From positions 14,354-78,353 of the forward strand of contig FLMG01003832.1 of the NCBI GenBank assembly GCA_900088475.1: a stretch of DNA of 64,000 bases, read 5' to 3'. Positions 22,421-34,771 of the stretch are shown here, one piece after another (the first letter of the stretch is position 1; every line of letters starts with the position of its first letter). Source of the stretch: Hyphochytrium catenoides (taxonomy: Eukaryota > Protista > Hyphochytriomycota). Made by a program: the position numbers and the translations under genes. The notes under the pieces are model-generated. The model saw only the letters and a program-made list of their open reading frames with translations. It was not told the DNA's origin and did no database searches.

Positions 22421-25400
22421 TTATGATTTTATGGGCAAGTCTATTGGTTCTGAGGGAAGAGGTGTGACCATTGCCTTTCCACTACCACTATTTCTTCTCT
22501 GTTTTCTCTTCTCTCCTCCTCCCTGCGTATCTTCTCTCCTGGTGGCCACTTTCTCTTTCTCTCTTTCTCTCTTCTCCTCCTCGTTAATCATCTCGTCTCC
22601 GTGCTGTCTTCCCGAGACCGGTCTCTCTTCTCTTCTTCCTCTTTCTTTCTCTTCCTTTTCTCTCTCTTCTCTCTCTCCCATCCGGACTATTTTCACTCTT
22701 GACCTCAACATCACGCAATTCTGCGGATATTTGAACGCAATAAAAACAATTCTCCAGATCAATAAACAGAAATTCAAACCGCGATTCATGAAGAAGCTCC
22801 AGACCGAGAGAGAAGAAGAGGACGATGGGACAGAAGAAGAAGAGAGCGTGTCTCTCTCTTCTTCCGCTCTTCCTCTTCCTCGTATAAGCCCGTCTTTAAA
22901 GCTGAATCTGTCATAGCAGATGCTTCCTGGGTAGAGAAAGCCGAAATCCACGAGAAAGATTCCGATGGTGAAGAGAAAGGCTGAGGCGGTGTAGAGAATC
23001 CTTGCTTGCTCGGCTCCTCGCCTGAAAAGTAGAGGGAGAGAAAGAGAAGAAAGAGAGAAGAGAGAGAGCGGAGAGTGAGAAGAAAGGAGAGAAAGAGGCA
23101 TTAATGAGCCACAGAGGAAAGAAGCAAAAGTAAGAGAGAGAAAGGAAAGAAAAGAGAGCAAATTAACCATGAGACCGGCAAGAATAAGCATCAAAGACTA
23201 AGCCAGAGACAAGAGACAAGGCGCAAGAGCAGGAGGGAAGGGGAGAGGTATACAGAGTAAGGACAGCATCATAGCCCCAACCAAAGATAGAGAAGTGGAG
23301 AGACAGAGAGAGAGAGAGAGAGGAGTGGGAAAAGGAACAATCAAAGAGAAATAAAAAATGAGAACCTTAGTCTCAGAAAGAGGGGAAGACACATCAAGGA
23401 CCAAACAGAGGTAAAGGAAGGAAGACGAGGCAAAGAAAGAGAGAGCAGGGAACAACTTCAGAGAAGCAGAAAGAAAGAGAGAGAGAGAGAGATGGGGCTG
23501 TGGGTCAGGAGGAACCTTTACCTTGGCAATGAGTCGCAGAAGAGAAAGGGAAGACAAATGAAGAAAGTGGAGAGAAGAATCAGAATGGCTGACGCACGGA
23601 GACAGAGAAGAACCGAGAGAGCCCACATGCCGAAGCATACCTGCAAATTTGAAAAAGGGGAGAGAGAGAGAGAGGGAGAGAGCGAGAGAGAGAGAGAGAG
23701 AGAGACGTTGTTGAGAGACCGACGGCAAATTAATAAGACACTGATGAGGAAGAAGCATAGCACATAGGTGAGAAGTAAGGGGCTGGCAAGGGAATTAGAA
23801 GAGAGAGCACAAAGAAGATAGGAAGATGAGATTCAAATAGATTCAGGAGAAAAGAAGGCAAGAGAAAGAACGTTCAAGAAGATGATGGTATATTAGAAGA
23901 GGATGATATGTACTTCAAAAAGAGAGAGAGAAAGAAAGAGAGAGAAATACAGAGACAAAGTAAAAGAAAGAGAACGAAAAGAGAGACGGAAAAAAGAGAG
24001 AGAAAGAGCGCATCATGGCCCACCCTCTTTCCATAATACCTCAGCAAGGAGTATCCACGTATCAAAGCACTGCAGCGCTTTCTTGGCGAGATAAAAATTC
24101 ATAATAGAAGTCAGGTCTAAAGTGAAGAGAGAGACGAAGAAGAAATGGAGAGACGAGAGACAGAGGAAAAGAGGAGATGTGGGGGAGAAAAGTGCGGAAC
24201 AGAGAAAGACTAAGAAATAAAGTAAAAGGATGAGCGCTCCAGTGTGCACAGTGAGCCGGTTCCAATATTTTCTCCGCACGCGCTTGTACCGGACGGTGAA
24301 GGGAGAACCGAGGACCTTGGACATCACGGTGGAGAGAGAATGTTCCGGAGAGAGGACAGAGAGAGAGAGAACCGGAGAGAGAAACCGCTGAGAATGAGGA
24401 GGACGAGGGGGCGAAGGAGGGCAGAGTGAAGGAGGAGAAGGAGGAGGAGAAGTGCCGGGTGGAGGAAGAGAAGAGGAGGGAGAGGAGGCAGAGAGAGAAA
24501 AGAAAGAGAGCGAGAGCGGAAAATGGAGAGAGAGAGTTGAGGAAGCTGAGACACGGATGGAAGTGATCCCAGCAATCTCTTCTTCCTCTGCTCTCTTCTC
24601 TTCCTGCAGCTGCTGCTTGACGGTATTTGAGGAGGGGAGAGAGGAGGGAGACGGAGGGAGACAGAGAGCTTCTATATCGTCCTCCATTTCCTCCCTTTCT
24701 CCTGTCTTTTCTCCTTTTTTTCTCACTCCTGCAGGTTGGCTCTCTCTCTTTATTACCTGGCAGAGGTGTACTGCTCCTTCTTTTCTTTCTTCCTCCTTTC
24801 CTGTTGCCACTTTGCTCTCGGCATTGTCCTCTTTTGGTCCGTGTATTTCACTTTTTTTCCGGAGTTGTTCCCTCTCCTCTTCTGCTTTTCTCTCTCCCTC
24901 TTCTGTTTCCTTCTTCTTCACCAGAACCTTCTTTCTCCCTTCTCCCTTTCCTGCTTTCTTCTTTTTCTTCTTTTCCTTGCGTTCTGCACTTTTGCGTCTT
25001 CTCTCTTCCGTCCTTTTCTCTCTCTTCTGTTCCACTGTCTTGATCTCTCTCTCGTCTTCATTTTCCTCTCTCCTGCTCCTTCTCTCTCCTCCTCCTCCTC
25101 CTGCATCTTCTCTCTTACTCCTCCGCTGCTGCACTTGCGAGGATAATGATTCGTAGTCCTTCTTTGGCATCTCTGTCAAGCGAAGCCTTACTTTATATAC
25201 TGCGAGCTCGGCCGGGCGAAGCCATTTGGAGATTCCGAGCCTACAGAGAAAAGCATGATAACAGAAGGCGAGGAGATGATAAGAAAAGACTTCAGGGAAC
25301 CAGGCGCTTCTTTTTCTCTCTTGGTTCTCTCTCTCTCCCCTCTCTTCTTTCTCCCTAATTGTGTTAACAAAGAAAGCTCTCTGTCACCAGGAATAATCCA

Positions 25401-27040
25401 AGATAGCACCTTCTATTTTCTCTCTCTCTCCTCTCTGCTGGCTTTCTCTTTTCTTGTTGTCTTCTTTATCGCTTCTTTTTCTTGGACATAATATTTGTTC
25501 CCCGGGTTATTTCTTCCTCTAAAAAAAGAGAAAAAGTCCTTGACAGCCTCTCTCCCTCGCTCTCTCTCTCTCTCTCCTTTTCGCCAACGCCTTCTCTTCC
25601 TCTTCTTCTCTTCTTACCACGCACCTGATAATGAAAATGCTCAGGGTAATGCCTCTATTCGAGGCAAGCTCCACGACAGAGTAGGTATGGTAGACAGGAC
25701 ACTGCAGTCGCGAGATATCTGCTCTGTCTCGTCTCAGGAGAAGAAGAGAGAAACCGATGAAGCCCGTGGCACCCCCCAGGATCGAGATGAGCTGAATCAT
25801 CTTCGAGGCCATCGAAGGGAGAGAATCAGAGAAAAGAACCATAATCGTGGAATAAACAGTTATCACAGCCATCAGCCATCCTCCAGGAGCAAAGCAGGCG
25901 CCCATCAAGAGAGAGACTGCGAGAAACGTGGCCTTTTTGGTGGAAGAAAGAGGTTGAGAGAGAAGAAGAGAGAGAGAAATAGAAAGAGAGAGAAAAAGAG
26001 AGAGAAAGAGAAAGAGTGGGGGAGAGGGAGAGAAAGAAGGGAGAAAAAGAGAGCAAGACCGAAAGAGAGAGAGAATGCGAGAGAGAAAGAAAGAGAGAGA
26101 GAGAAATGAAAGAGAGAGAGAAGAATGCGAGAAATAAAAAGAGTGAGAGAATAGGAAAGAGAGAGAGAAAGAGAAAGCAAAAAAGAGAGAGAGAGAGAGA
26201 GAAGAAAGAGAGTGGAATAAAAAGAGATGGGTAGAAAAGATTGTTAAAGATAATAAAAGAAGAGAGAGGGGCAACAATAAGAGAGAAGGAGAGATTGAGA
26301 GACAGAGGAGGGCGGCAACGAGATGATGTTAGCAGCAGAATAATGTGCTCCACCTGAGAGACATGCAGGGAAGTAGTAGAATGAACAATGAGGGAGAGAA
26401 GCTAAGAAAGAGAGAAGGACGAGAGTTGGGAGAGAACTCTGACATACGAGGGAAAGGAGAGAAGAAGGAAGAATATGTTCTATATGAAGAACAAGAACAA
26501 AGAGGGAGAACAAGAGAGTAACTAAAAAAGAGAGCAAGGAAGAGACAGAAAAGAAAGAAGAAGAACCGAGAAGAGAGAAAGGGTCAAGAGAGAGAGAGGG
26601 ATCAAAAGCAAAGACGGCGAATAAACGTCAGAAAAATAGCAAGGAAGAGTAGTATGTAGAAAATGGAAGAAGAAAGAGAAGCAACGATATGAGAAAAGAG
26701 AGCCAGAGAGAGGAAGATACTATGAAAGAGAGATAAGTAGATGAAAAAGGAGAGACAAAAGAAATGTAGGCTAAGAAAGAGAGGGACGAGAGAGAGAGAG
26801 GGAGAAACGGCATCCACCTGTCCCAGCATCATCCACGTGTCTGCGAAGCGACAGAGTTTGAGTGCGATATCGCAGTTTGCCATTGAAACATTTAGAAGGA
26901 AAGAGAGAGAGATAATCAGCGCGGTTCCCAGGTACCATCCCTCTCCCTCTCCCACGAGAGAAACAAAGGGATAGACAGAGAGAGACGCCGCACAGAAGAA
27001 GTGACACAAGAAGCCCAAGTGTCCGAGTCCTCGGCGTCTG
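22421..27040 (-). CDS. Multi-pass membrane protein with two tandem homologous TM modules joined by a charged linker; 5' exons probably extend towards ~29.3 kb
   Basis: Module 1: LNVSMANCDIALKLCRFADTWMMLGQ ... YSVVELASNRGITLSIFIIR/LGISKWLRPAELAVYKVRLRL. The intron 25624-25241 is phase 2 and continues in frame into ORF 25179-24013. Module 2: LDLTSIMNFYLAKKALQCFDTWILLAE ... VWSFFMNRGLNFCLLIWRIVFIAFKYPQNCVMLRSRVKI. A GT donor follows DTWxxLxx at the same codon in both modules. Confidence 0.7.
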
Positions 27041-27654
27041 CAAAAAAATAAAAGAAAGAAAGAGAGAGAGAGAGAAAGAGAGAGAGACAAAAAGAATGAG
27101 AGTGCGCGGTGGTGGAGGGAGAGAGACAGAGAGGGAAGGGGAGTTAACAGGAAAAAAAGAACCAAGAAGAGGAAACATTAGAAACAGAGAGAGAGAGAGC
27201 TCAACAAGAGAGGAGATAGATCAAGAGGAGAGGAGATAGATAGGAAAAATAAACCAGAGAGAGAGAGAGAGAGAGAGGAGACTGTCACCGGGCAACGGGG
27301 GGCGAAGAAGCGGGAGGAATAGTAGTAGACAAGATGGACGATTAGTAAATCAAAGAAGGAGAAGACAGAAGAGAGAGAGACAGAGAAGAGAAGAGAAAGA
27401 AGAAGGAAAGTCGGTCATATATAAGGGCAAATAGAGAGAAATCACCCGAAGGATGTCAAAGAAATAAACCAAGAGAAGAGCAGCTGATGCGTTGAAGAGA
27501 GAGAAGGACAATAATAAAGAAAGAAGGAAGGACAGGTGGAGAGACAAAAGTAAGTCACCCTCGAAGAACAATGAGAGAGACGGGAAAGAACGTAAGAAAA
27601 GAAAAAAGTTAGACAGAAGGAGAGAGGAAAAGAGGAGAGAGGGAGATAGGAAGA

Positions 27655-27700
<46 letters not shown>

Positions 27701-28378
27701 AGGAGGAGACCTGATCCATTTGAATTTCTGAGAGAATTCATGTCCGCAGAGTCTGNNNNNNNNNNNNNNNNNNNNNNNNNNNNNNNNNNNNNNNNNNNNN
27801 NNNNNNNNNNNNNNNNNNNNNNNNNNNNNNNNNNNNNNNNNNNNNNNNNNNNNNNNNTCTTTCTCTCTCTCTCTCCCTTTTCTGCCCTTCCTTTTTTGCC
27901 TGTGAGGGTGAGAAAGGATAGCAAGATGATGAGAGACCGACGAAGAAGGTTACGGAATATGGGAAGGAAGAGAGAAGAGGGGAGGGAGAAAGAGAGAGAG
28001 AGACTTGAGACGCAAGAAGGCGCGACAACACCAGAAATAAACAATCAAACAGAGAGAGGAAGAGCAAAGAAAAAAGAAAGAGATTGGAAGAGCAAACAGG
28101 AAGAGAGGTGTGAGGAGGCAGGGAGAGAGAGAGAAGAAGGACATGAAGAGAAGAAAGAGACGAGATTGAAAAGAGGAGAATGATAGGTCGGAGGAGAGAG
28201 AATCATCACAGAAAGAGGGAGAGAGAGAGAGCAAAAGCTAGAAGGGAAGCGCGCGAAGGGAGAACTGAAAGAAGTCGCAAAGCAACTCCAGAGGCAGGAA
28301 AGAGAGAGAAGAGGGAGAGACAAGAAGAGGAGAAAGATGATCGGTTCCTACCGGAGGAAGCAGAAGACTGGTGATGCC

Positions 28379-28415
<37 letters not shown>

Positions 28416-29037
28416 GTCTGTCTCTGTCTCTGTCTCTCTCTCTCTGTTTGTCTCTTCCTCTTCTCCCTCAGAAGCCCAGAAGATACGAGCCGAGACAGGA
28501 ACAGACACAGGAGAGAGAAGAAAAGAAAGAGAAAGGAGAAAGCGATTTCATATTTGAGGGAGAGAGAGAGAGAAAAAAGAGTTCGAAACAAGAGACAAGC
28601 GGCAGAAGAGAAAGAGAACAAAGAGAGAAAGGGAAAGAGAAGTAGAAGATAACGTGGCGAAGAGATCTCTGGTTTGCAGAGAAAAGGTACTGGCGACTAG
28701 AGGAGAGAGAGAGAGAGAAAAAGAAAACAACCCAGAAAGTTAAGAAAGGGAGTACAGAGAGTGACAAGTTGCGGCCGCCACAGAGAGAGAAGAAAAAAGA
28801 GATGAAAATGCTGACTTCATCGCAGGGCAGAAAAGATACTGAGAGAAGCCAAAAGAGAGAGAGGGGGGGAGTAGTGCCGCGAGGAGGAGAGAAAGGAGAA
28901 GAGAGCAGAGACTGAGAAAGAGTACGAGTTCGTACGACTGTAAGAGAAGAGAGAGTTACACAAGGGAAAAGAGGCGACGGGGAGAGAGACAAGGAAAGAG
29001 AGAGCGGGAGCCCAATTGTACGACCGACGGAAAGAGA

Positions 29038-29068
<31 letters not shown>

Positions 29069-29458
29069 CGATGTCAGCGGTAGAAGACGACGACAGCCAA
29101 GAGCAATCAGCTGTGCACCGTGATGAAAGAAGAGGAGGTAACAGCCAGAAGCGCCGCCAACTGTTGTCCACCTTTACCGATCTCTCTCTTTCTCTCTCTC
29201 TTATTATCCTGTCCCTATACAGAAACAGAGTCAAAGGTCAGAGGGCACTGTTGATAGAGAAGCGGGAAGCGAGCAACAGACTCGAGGGGAAATAGCACAC
29301 GGAATGGGAGAATAAAGTGAGCAGGAGAGAGAAGTGAGAGAGAGAAAGAGAGAGAGAGCGAGAGAGAAGAGAGAGAGAGANNNNNNNNNNNNNNNNNNNN
29401 NNNNNNCTCCTTATTTTGCAATCCACTGCAGACCCACCCGCTCTTGGTGGCCCTCCTT

Positions 29459-29538
29459 TACCTGGATCTACATCTGGGTCTTCCGATAACCAGCTAACCT
29501 TTGAGACCCATGTTAAAAATGTCTTTACCCAGGTCTAA
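29459..29538 (+). mobile_element. Tiny relic resembling the C-terminal end of a non-LTR (LINE) reverse transcriptase
   Basis: YLDLHL followed, after a frameshift, by DNQLTFETHVKNV resembles the YLG...D..L.F..H...V motif. It is very short. Confidence 0.3.
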
Positions 29539-29769
29539 GTTGAAAGATTCCTAAAAGCTATAGAAGATTCAGTGCGTAGGGGACGTAGCACTAGATTGTG
29601 AAAGATTCTACTTTGTGTAATAGACGGCAACATCAAAGGTTTCAATATGGGTTCCTGCGTTACATTGTTCATAGAAGATGATCGGTATCAGAACATTTCC
29701 TGTCTCTCCTCTCTCTCTCTCGTCTCCCTTTCATCTTCCAGCCTCTCCTACTCCTATCTCTATTTCTTC

Positions 29770-30035
29770 CTCTCTCTCCCCCTTCCCTCAATGTCACCCT
29801 TCTCTTTCGTCTCTCTCTTTGTCTTGTTGTCTTGTTGTTCTCTCCCTCTCTCTTCTTTCTGCTCCCCTTATTATGCATGGGGTCTTTGTCCTAAAGGGAA
29901 GTGCACTCTCCCCCTTCCCTCAATATCACCAAATCTCCTTCTCTCTCGTCTCTTTGTCTTGTTGTTCTCTTTCTCTCTCTCTTCTTTCTGTTTCCTTATT
30001 ATGCATGGGGTCTTTGTCCTATAAGCGAAGTGCAG
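29770..30035. repeat. Two-copy ~128-bp tandem duplication
   Basis: ttatgcatggggtctttgtccta...aagtgca at 29871 and 29999. Confidence 0.85.
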
Positions 30036-30449
30036 AGGGAAGAGGAAGTCCGTCCGATCTCATCTCTTTGACATAGTCTTCACCATACAAGGTAGAAAGA
30101 AGAGAGAGACGCGTTTTGGCTTCTCCTCTCGTGTCATGCTTGGGCCATTGCTTCAGTAAAAAAGACTTAGAGAGCATGGGAGAGAGGAAGAAGCGGTGGA
30201 GAAAGGAAGAGAAAACGAAACGATGACTTCCTATTTATCAATCTGTAAGGATAATAACTAACTTCAGCTTCTTCTCTTTGCGAGTATCATGACATGACAT
30301 GACAAGCAAGAGCCTTCTCTCTTTTCCTCTGTCTCTGAAAGTACTCGCAGAGAAGGCCTGAATATGTACGAGAAAGTGATGTAACGCAGAGAGGGAGAGA
30401 GAGAAGAACGAAGACAGTCTCCTGATCTCCATAAAACGAGGCTGGTTCC

Positions 30450-31232
30450 TTATTGCTTTGCGCCGCATTGGTTGCAAAAGACAACTCCAGGCATCACGGG
30501 CCCAGCGCCACAGTTTGCACAATTCTTTGCCGGCGCCTGCATTTGTTGCTGCGGCTGAGGAGGCTGCTGTTGGACAGGAACAGGTGGAGCATTGTACTGC
30601 TGAACTTGCTCTTGCGGAGGAAGAGGAACAGGAGGCTGTCCTCCTGCAGGGACGCCCGCCTCCATATAGTGATAGCCCTGCTCTCCTCCCTCAGGCGTGT
30701 ACACAGGCGTTGCAACTCCTGCTCCATGTGTCTGCGCACCGGCAGCAGCGGAGAGAGAGGCCTTGTACATCTTATAGCCAGTCAAAAGTGCCGCAGCCAG
30801 CGCGGTGAAGGCCGTAAGAAAGCCAAAAGCAATGGCAGTGCGCATGACATCGCACTTAAATCCATAGGACTTTAGCACATCCTTACCATAACTCGATCCG
30901 CACGCACCATCGCCGTTGATATCCGCACCTGCGGCCACCGACGCTGTGATCAAAAGCATCAAAAAGATCGCACCATCAAACAGCAGTGCAAATCCAGGAT
31001 GGATCTTGGGTACATTCATAACATTGAACGCTACAACCCATCCGGTCAGGAATACGAAGCAAATGACGCCCAGGGCTAACAGTCCGACAAGTGCACTGAC
31101 TTCATCTTCAAAACCATAATCATTGGCCTTTTGAAACCCACTTCCTGCCGCTGTGGCGAAGGTGATGAGAGAGAAAAGAATGGCAATGCCATGAAGAATC
31201 AGATCGTCCGTAAGGGCAATCTTTCCTGCCAT
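30450..31232 (-). CDS. MARVEL-like 4-TM protein with Pro/Gln-rich tail and C-terminal zinc ribbon
   Basis: Intronless 260-aa ORF with four hydrophobic helices. The pattern FDGAIFLMLLITASVAA...C...C..MRTAIAFGFL is typical of MARVEL domains. It ends CANCGAGPVMPGVVFCNQCGAKQ. Confidence 0.85.
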   Translation of the reverse strand: MAGKIALTDDLILHGIAILFSLITFATAAGSGFQKANDYGFEDEVSALVGLLALGVICFVFLTGWVVAFNVMNVPKIHPGFALLFDGAIFLMLLITASVAAGADINGDGACGSSYGKDVLKSYGFKCDVMRTAIAFGFLTAFTALAAALLTGYKMYKASLSAAAGAQTHGAGVATPVYTPEGGEQGYHYMEAGVPAGGQPPVPLPPQEQVQQYNAPPVPVQQQPPQPQQQMQAPAKNCANCGAGPVMPGVVFCNQCGAKQ

Positions 31233-32042
31233 CTTTCCCGATAGAGAGAGAGAGAGAGAAGTATATTGGGTTTCTCTTTGACTAGTGGAACTTGGCGGGG
31301 AAGAGAGAGGATTTTAAGCACTGACAGAGAGAGAGAGAGGTGATGAGTCTTTCCTGCTTTCTTCACTTTGTCTGTAGGCTTGCGCACTTGGAAGCAAAAG
31401 CTTAAATGACAGACCGTGGAAAGAAAAGAGGAGGAGACAGAGAGAAGAAGAAAGAGATGGAAGAGAGGGAGACAGGCCACCACAGGGCACAGTCGTGGAA
31501 AGGAAGAGAGGAAGAGACAGAGCGTGGAAGGTAGGAGCATTGATGGAGACAAGCGACAAATGACACACATTCTTTATCTCTTGCGTCTCTTAGCACTTTC
31601 TTTTGGACCTGACTGGTCTGATGGCGTCTGTGTAGCTGGTGCTTCCTGAGATCTTTTCTGCATCCCTCCTCACCGCCACCTGACTCTTTCTCTCTCTCTC
31701 TCTCTCTCTCACTCAGCTTTCTCTCTGATCTCCCCCAGCTTGCTCTCTCTGTGTTGCTCTCTCTCTCAGGCTAGCTGTTTCCTGAGGCTAGCTGTTTCCT
31801 GAGTTGGCTCTAGAAAATTTAATGTGGATGGAGTCAGGATGGAGGGCTGATAGTGGTCAAGCGAGAGGGAGAGAAAAAGATTAGGAGAGAACAGAAAAGA
31901 GAGAAACTATAGAGTGGGGCGCACCATGACGAGATCAGGGCAAACAACATGGAGACATAGTCCAAAGACAAAAGAGAGAAGAAAAGGCCGTTCCCAAGTA
32001 CCTGAGAAAGAGAGAAAAGATACAAGAGATAGGTATACAGAC

Positions 32043-32099
<57 letters not shown>

Positions 32100-33016
32100 A
32101 AGAGAGAGAGAGACAGCTCTGTCTCAGGGAAGGGTCGGATACAAGGTGCCACTCGCAGTTTTTGCAGCTGTCAAACCTGAGAACCCGTCTTTGAAGCTTT
32201 CAGAGACCTGAAAGATATCTTTTTAAGGCCTCTATGATAAGTCGTTATAAATTACTCCGTATATCTTTGAAATCATCTCTTGAAAGTAACCCATATTATC
32301 CGAATTCTGACGTCCTTGTTGGAATGATTTGACTCAAGGCTGACTCTGTGGCCTGACCCATTGTTGACCCATTACTGTTCTTAGCGTACTGATTGGTTAT
32401 TCCACGGCACTGGGTAATATGGGTGTTATGGGTCGGATCGAACATAGCCGATTCTAATCGGTGCCACCTCTGGGGTTTGTGTTGTAATTGTGGACCCCCT
32501 CTCCTCCTGTTCCTTCTTTGGATTGTGGGTTGGGGGGACAGTGACAAGGGAACAACAGTACATACAACTTACTCCTGTCTGTGTCTCTCCATTATCTGTC
32601 TTGCTGACGCTGGGGGGATGTTAATGTTTGTTGTATTGGATCATGAAGATTCTTGTATCTCTTGGATGGCTCTGTCTTGTGTAATTCTTGTGCGGTTTTT
32701 TCCTGAACTGTTGGGGCCACATCTCTTTCACTCTGTCTCTTCTTGGTGGGGAAAAATTGCTATATTCTCTAACGTCTGATGGATTTCTTGCATCTCTGGC
32801 TGACTCTGTCTCGTGTCTGTTATTTATCAACTTCAACATTCCAGGTGGATTGTGGATCATGGCTCGTTGTGAAGGCCAAACAGAGAGGAGATCTGTCGAG
32901 ACAGATAGAAAGCGAGATACATAATCAGGTGTATTAAAGAGGCAGAGTCATAGACAGAGTAAAACTACTTTCCAGAAGATTGAACAGAGAAAGAACAGGG
33001 ACAACAAGGAAAAAAC

Positions 33017-33051
<35 letters not shown>

Positions 33052-33319
33052 AAGAGAGAGAGAAAAAGAGAGAGTATCCGCTCCATTTATTTGGTGGTAA
33101 ATGAGGACGACGGAATGAGACAGAGAGAGAAAAGATATCCTAAGAAAGTGGGAGAGATGAGGCAAAAAGGCAGCAAAAGGAACAAGAGAAACAGACAAAA
33201 CCAGGGAAGAAAGAGAGGAGAGAGAGAGAGACATCAAGAGACAGAGAGAGCTCAAGATTTCGACGACCAGGGTTCTCTTTATGTCGCGGTTTGAGAGCCT
33301 CGCCGCTTCAACTCTGCGG

Positions 33320-33600
33320 CGACACACACTTTCTCTTTCGAGGCAGCTTTCTCCACATAGTGTTGAGAGGAAGGGTGGCGGCGGAGAGAGAGAACAAGAG
33401 AGAGAGAGAGACGACACACACTTTCTCTTTCGAGGCAGATTTCTCCACATAGTGTTGAGAGGAAGGGTGGCGGCGGAGAGAGAGAACAAGAGAGAGAGAG
33501 AGACGACGCACACTTTCTCTTTCGAGGCAGCTTACTCCACATAGTGTTGAGAGGAAGGGTGGCGGCGCAGAGAGAGAGAGAACAAGAGAGAGAGAGAGTG
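33320..33600. repeat. 92-bp tandem repeat, 3 copies plus degenerate remnants
   Basis: ctttctctttcgaggcag...ctccacatagtgttgagaggaagggtggcggcg at 33329, 33421 and 33513. Remnants lie near 33640 and 33808. Confidence 0.93.
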
Positions 33601-34068
33601 AAAGAGAGAGAGAGAAAGAGAGAGAAAGAGAGAGAATCTCTTTCCACGCAGCTTCTATAGATATTTTGGTTAGCAATGAGATGGAGGAAGCTGCGGAGAG
33701 AAGAGGAGAGACATTAGAAGAGAGAGAGAGCAAAGAGAGAGAGAGAAGAAGAAGAGAGGGAGAGCAAGAGAGAGAGAGAGAGAAAAAAGCAGAGAATCTG
33801 TTGTCGTCGAGGCAGCTTTCTATAGATATGTGGCTAGTATGGAAAGAGGAGAGAGACATAACAAGAGAGAGAGAACGAGAGAGAGAAATAAGAGAGAGAG
33901 AGAACACAGAAGAGAGAGAGAGAGAAAGAGAGAGAACCAAAACATGCTTGATGGGATGGGGATAGGGAAGCATAATCCCTCGACAGCCTTGCATCGAGGA
34001 GAAGAGAAGGAGATGCGTGGCTGCCTGCTTTCTCTCTGACCAATGAAGAGAGTCCGTTCCGGCCAGAG

Positions 34069-34104
<36 letters not shown>

Positions 34105-34740
34105 CACATAAGAAGGAGAGAGAGAGAGAGGATATAAGAGAGAGAGAGAGGATATACAAGAGAGAGAGTGAGAGAGAGAGCACGAGACAGAGAGCGAGAG
34201 AGAAGGAGGATTCGCTCTATGGGTTGCACAGAATAAAAAGGTTGCACGCGAGGTAGAGCCGTAGTCTCTCTTGCCCATCTGCTGCGTCAAAGCTTTGCAT
34301 TCTTAGGCTTTATAGCACTTAACGAAGAGATGAGTTCACCAGTCTACGAGTGGCTCCCACGGAAGAGGAAAGAAGAGGAGATTTCCTCTTTCTCGCTCTC
34401 TTTTCTTCTTCTTCTTCGCCCACTTTCTCTCTTCTACTACGTTCGCTCCTTTTTAAGAGAAGTATTGTTCCGCTGTTCTACTCTTTCTCTCCTCTTCTTC
34501 TCTGTCTCTCTCTCCCCCTTTCTCTCGTCTCTCCTTTTCTCAGGTCAATCAGGAGATCGCTGATTAGGAGACTTCTCTCTCTCTCTTGCATCCACTGTCC
34601 TCCACATACACGCTTTCTCTTTCTCTCTCTCTCTCTCTTCTCACCCTCTCCGTCTCTCTCCGTTGCCTGCTGCTTTCCTACCAACAAGGAGGCCAGAGAA
34701 AGAGAGACAGATGAGAAAGCAGAGCATGATAAGAGAAAAC

Positions 34741-34771
<31 letters not shown>

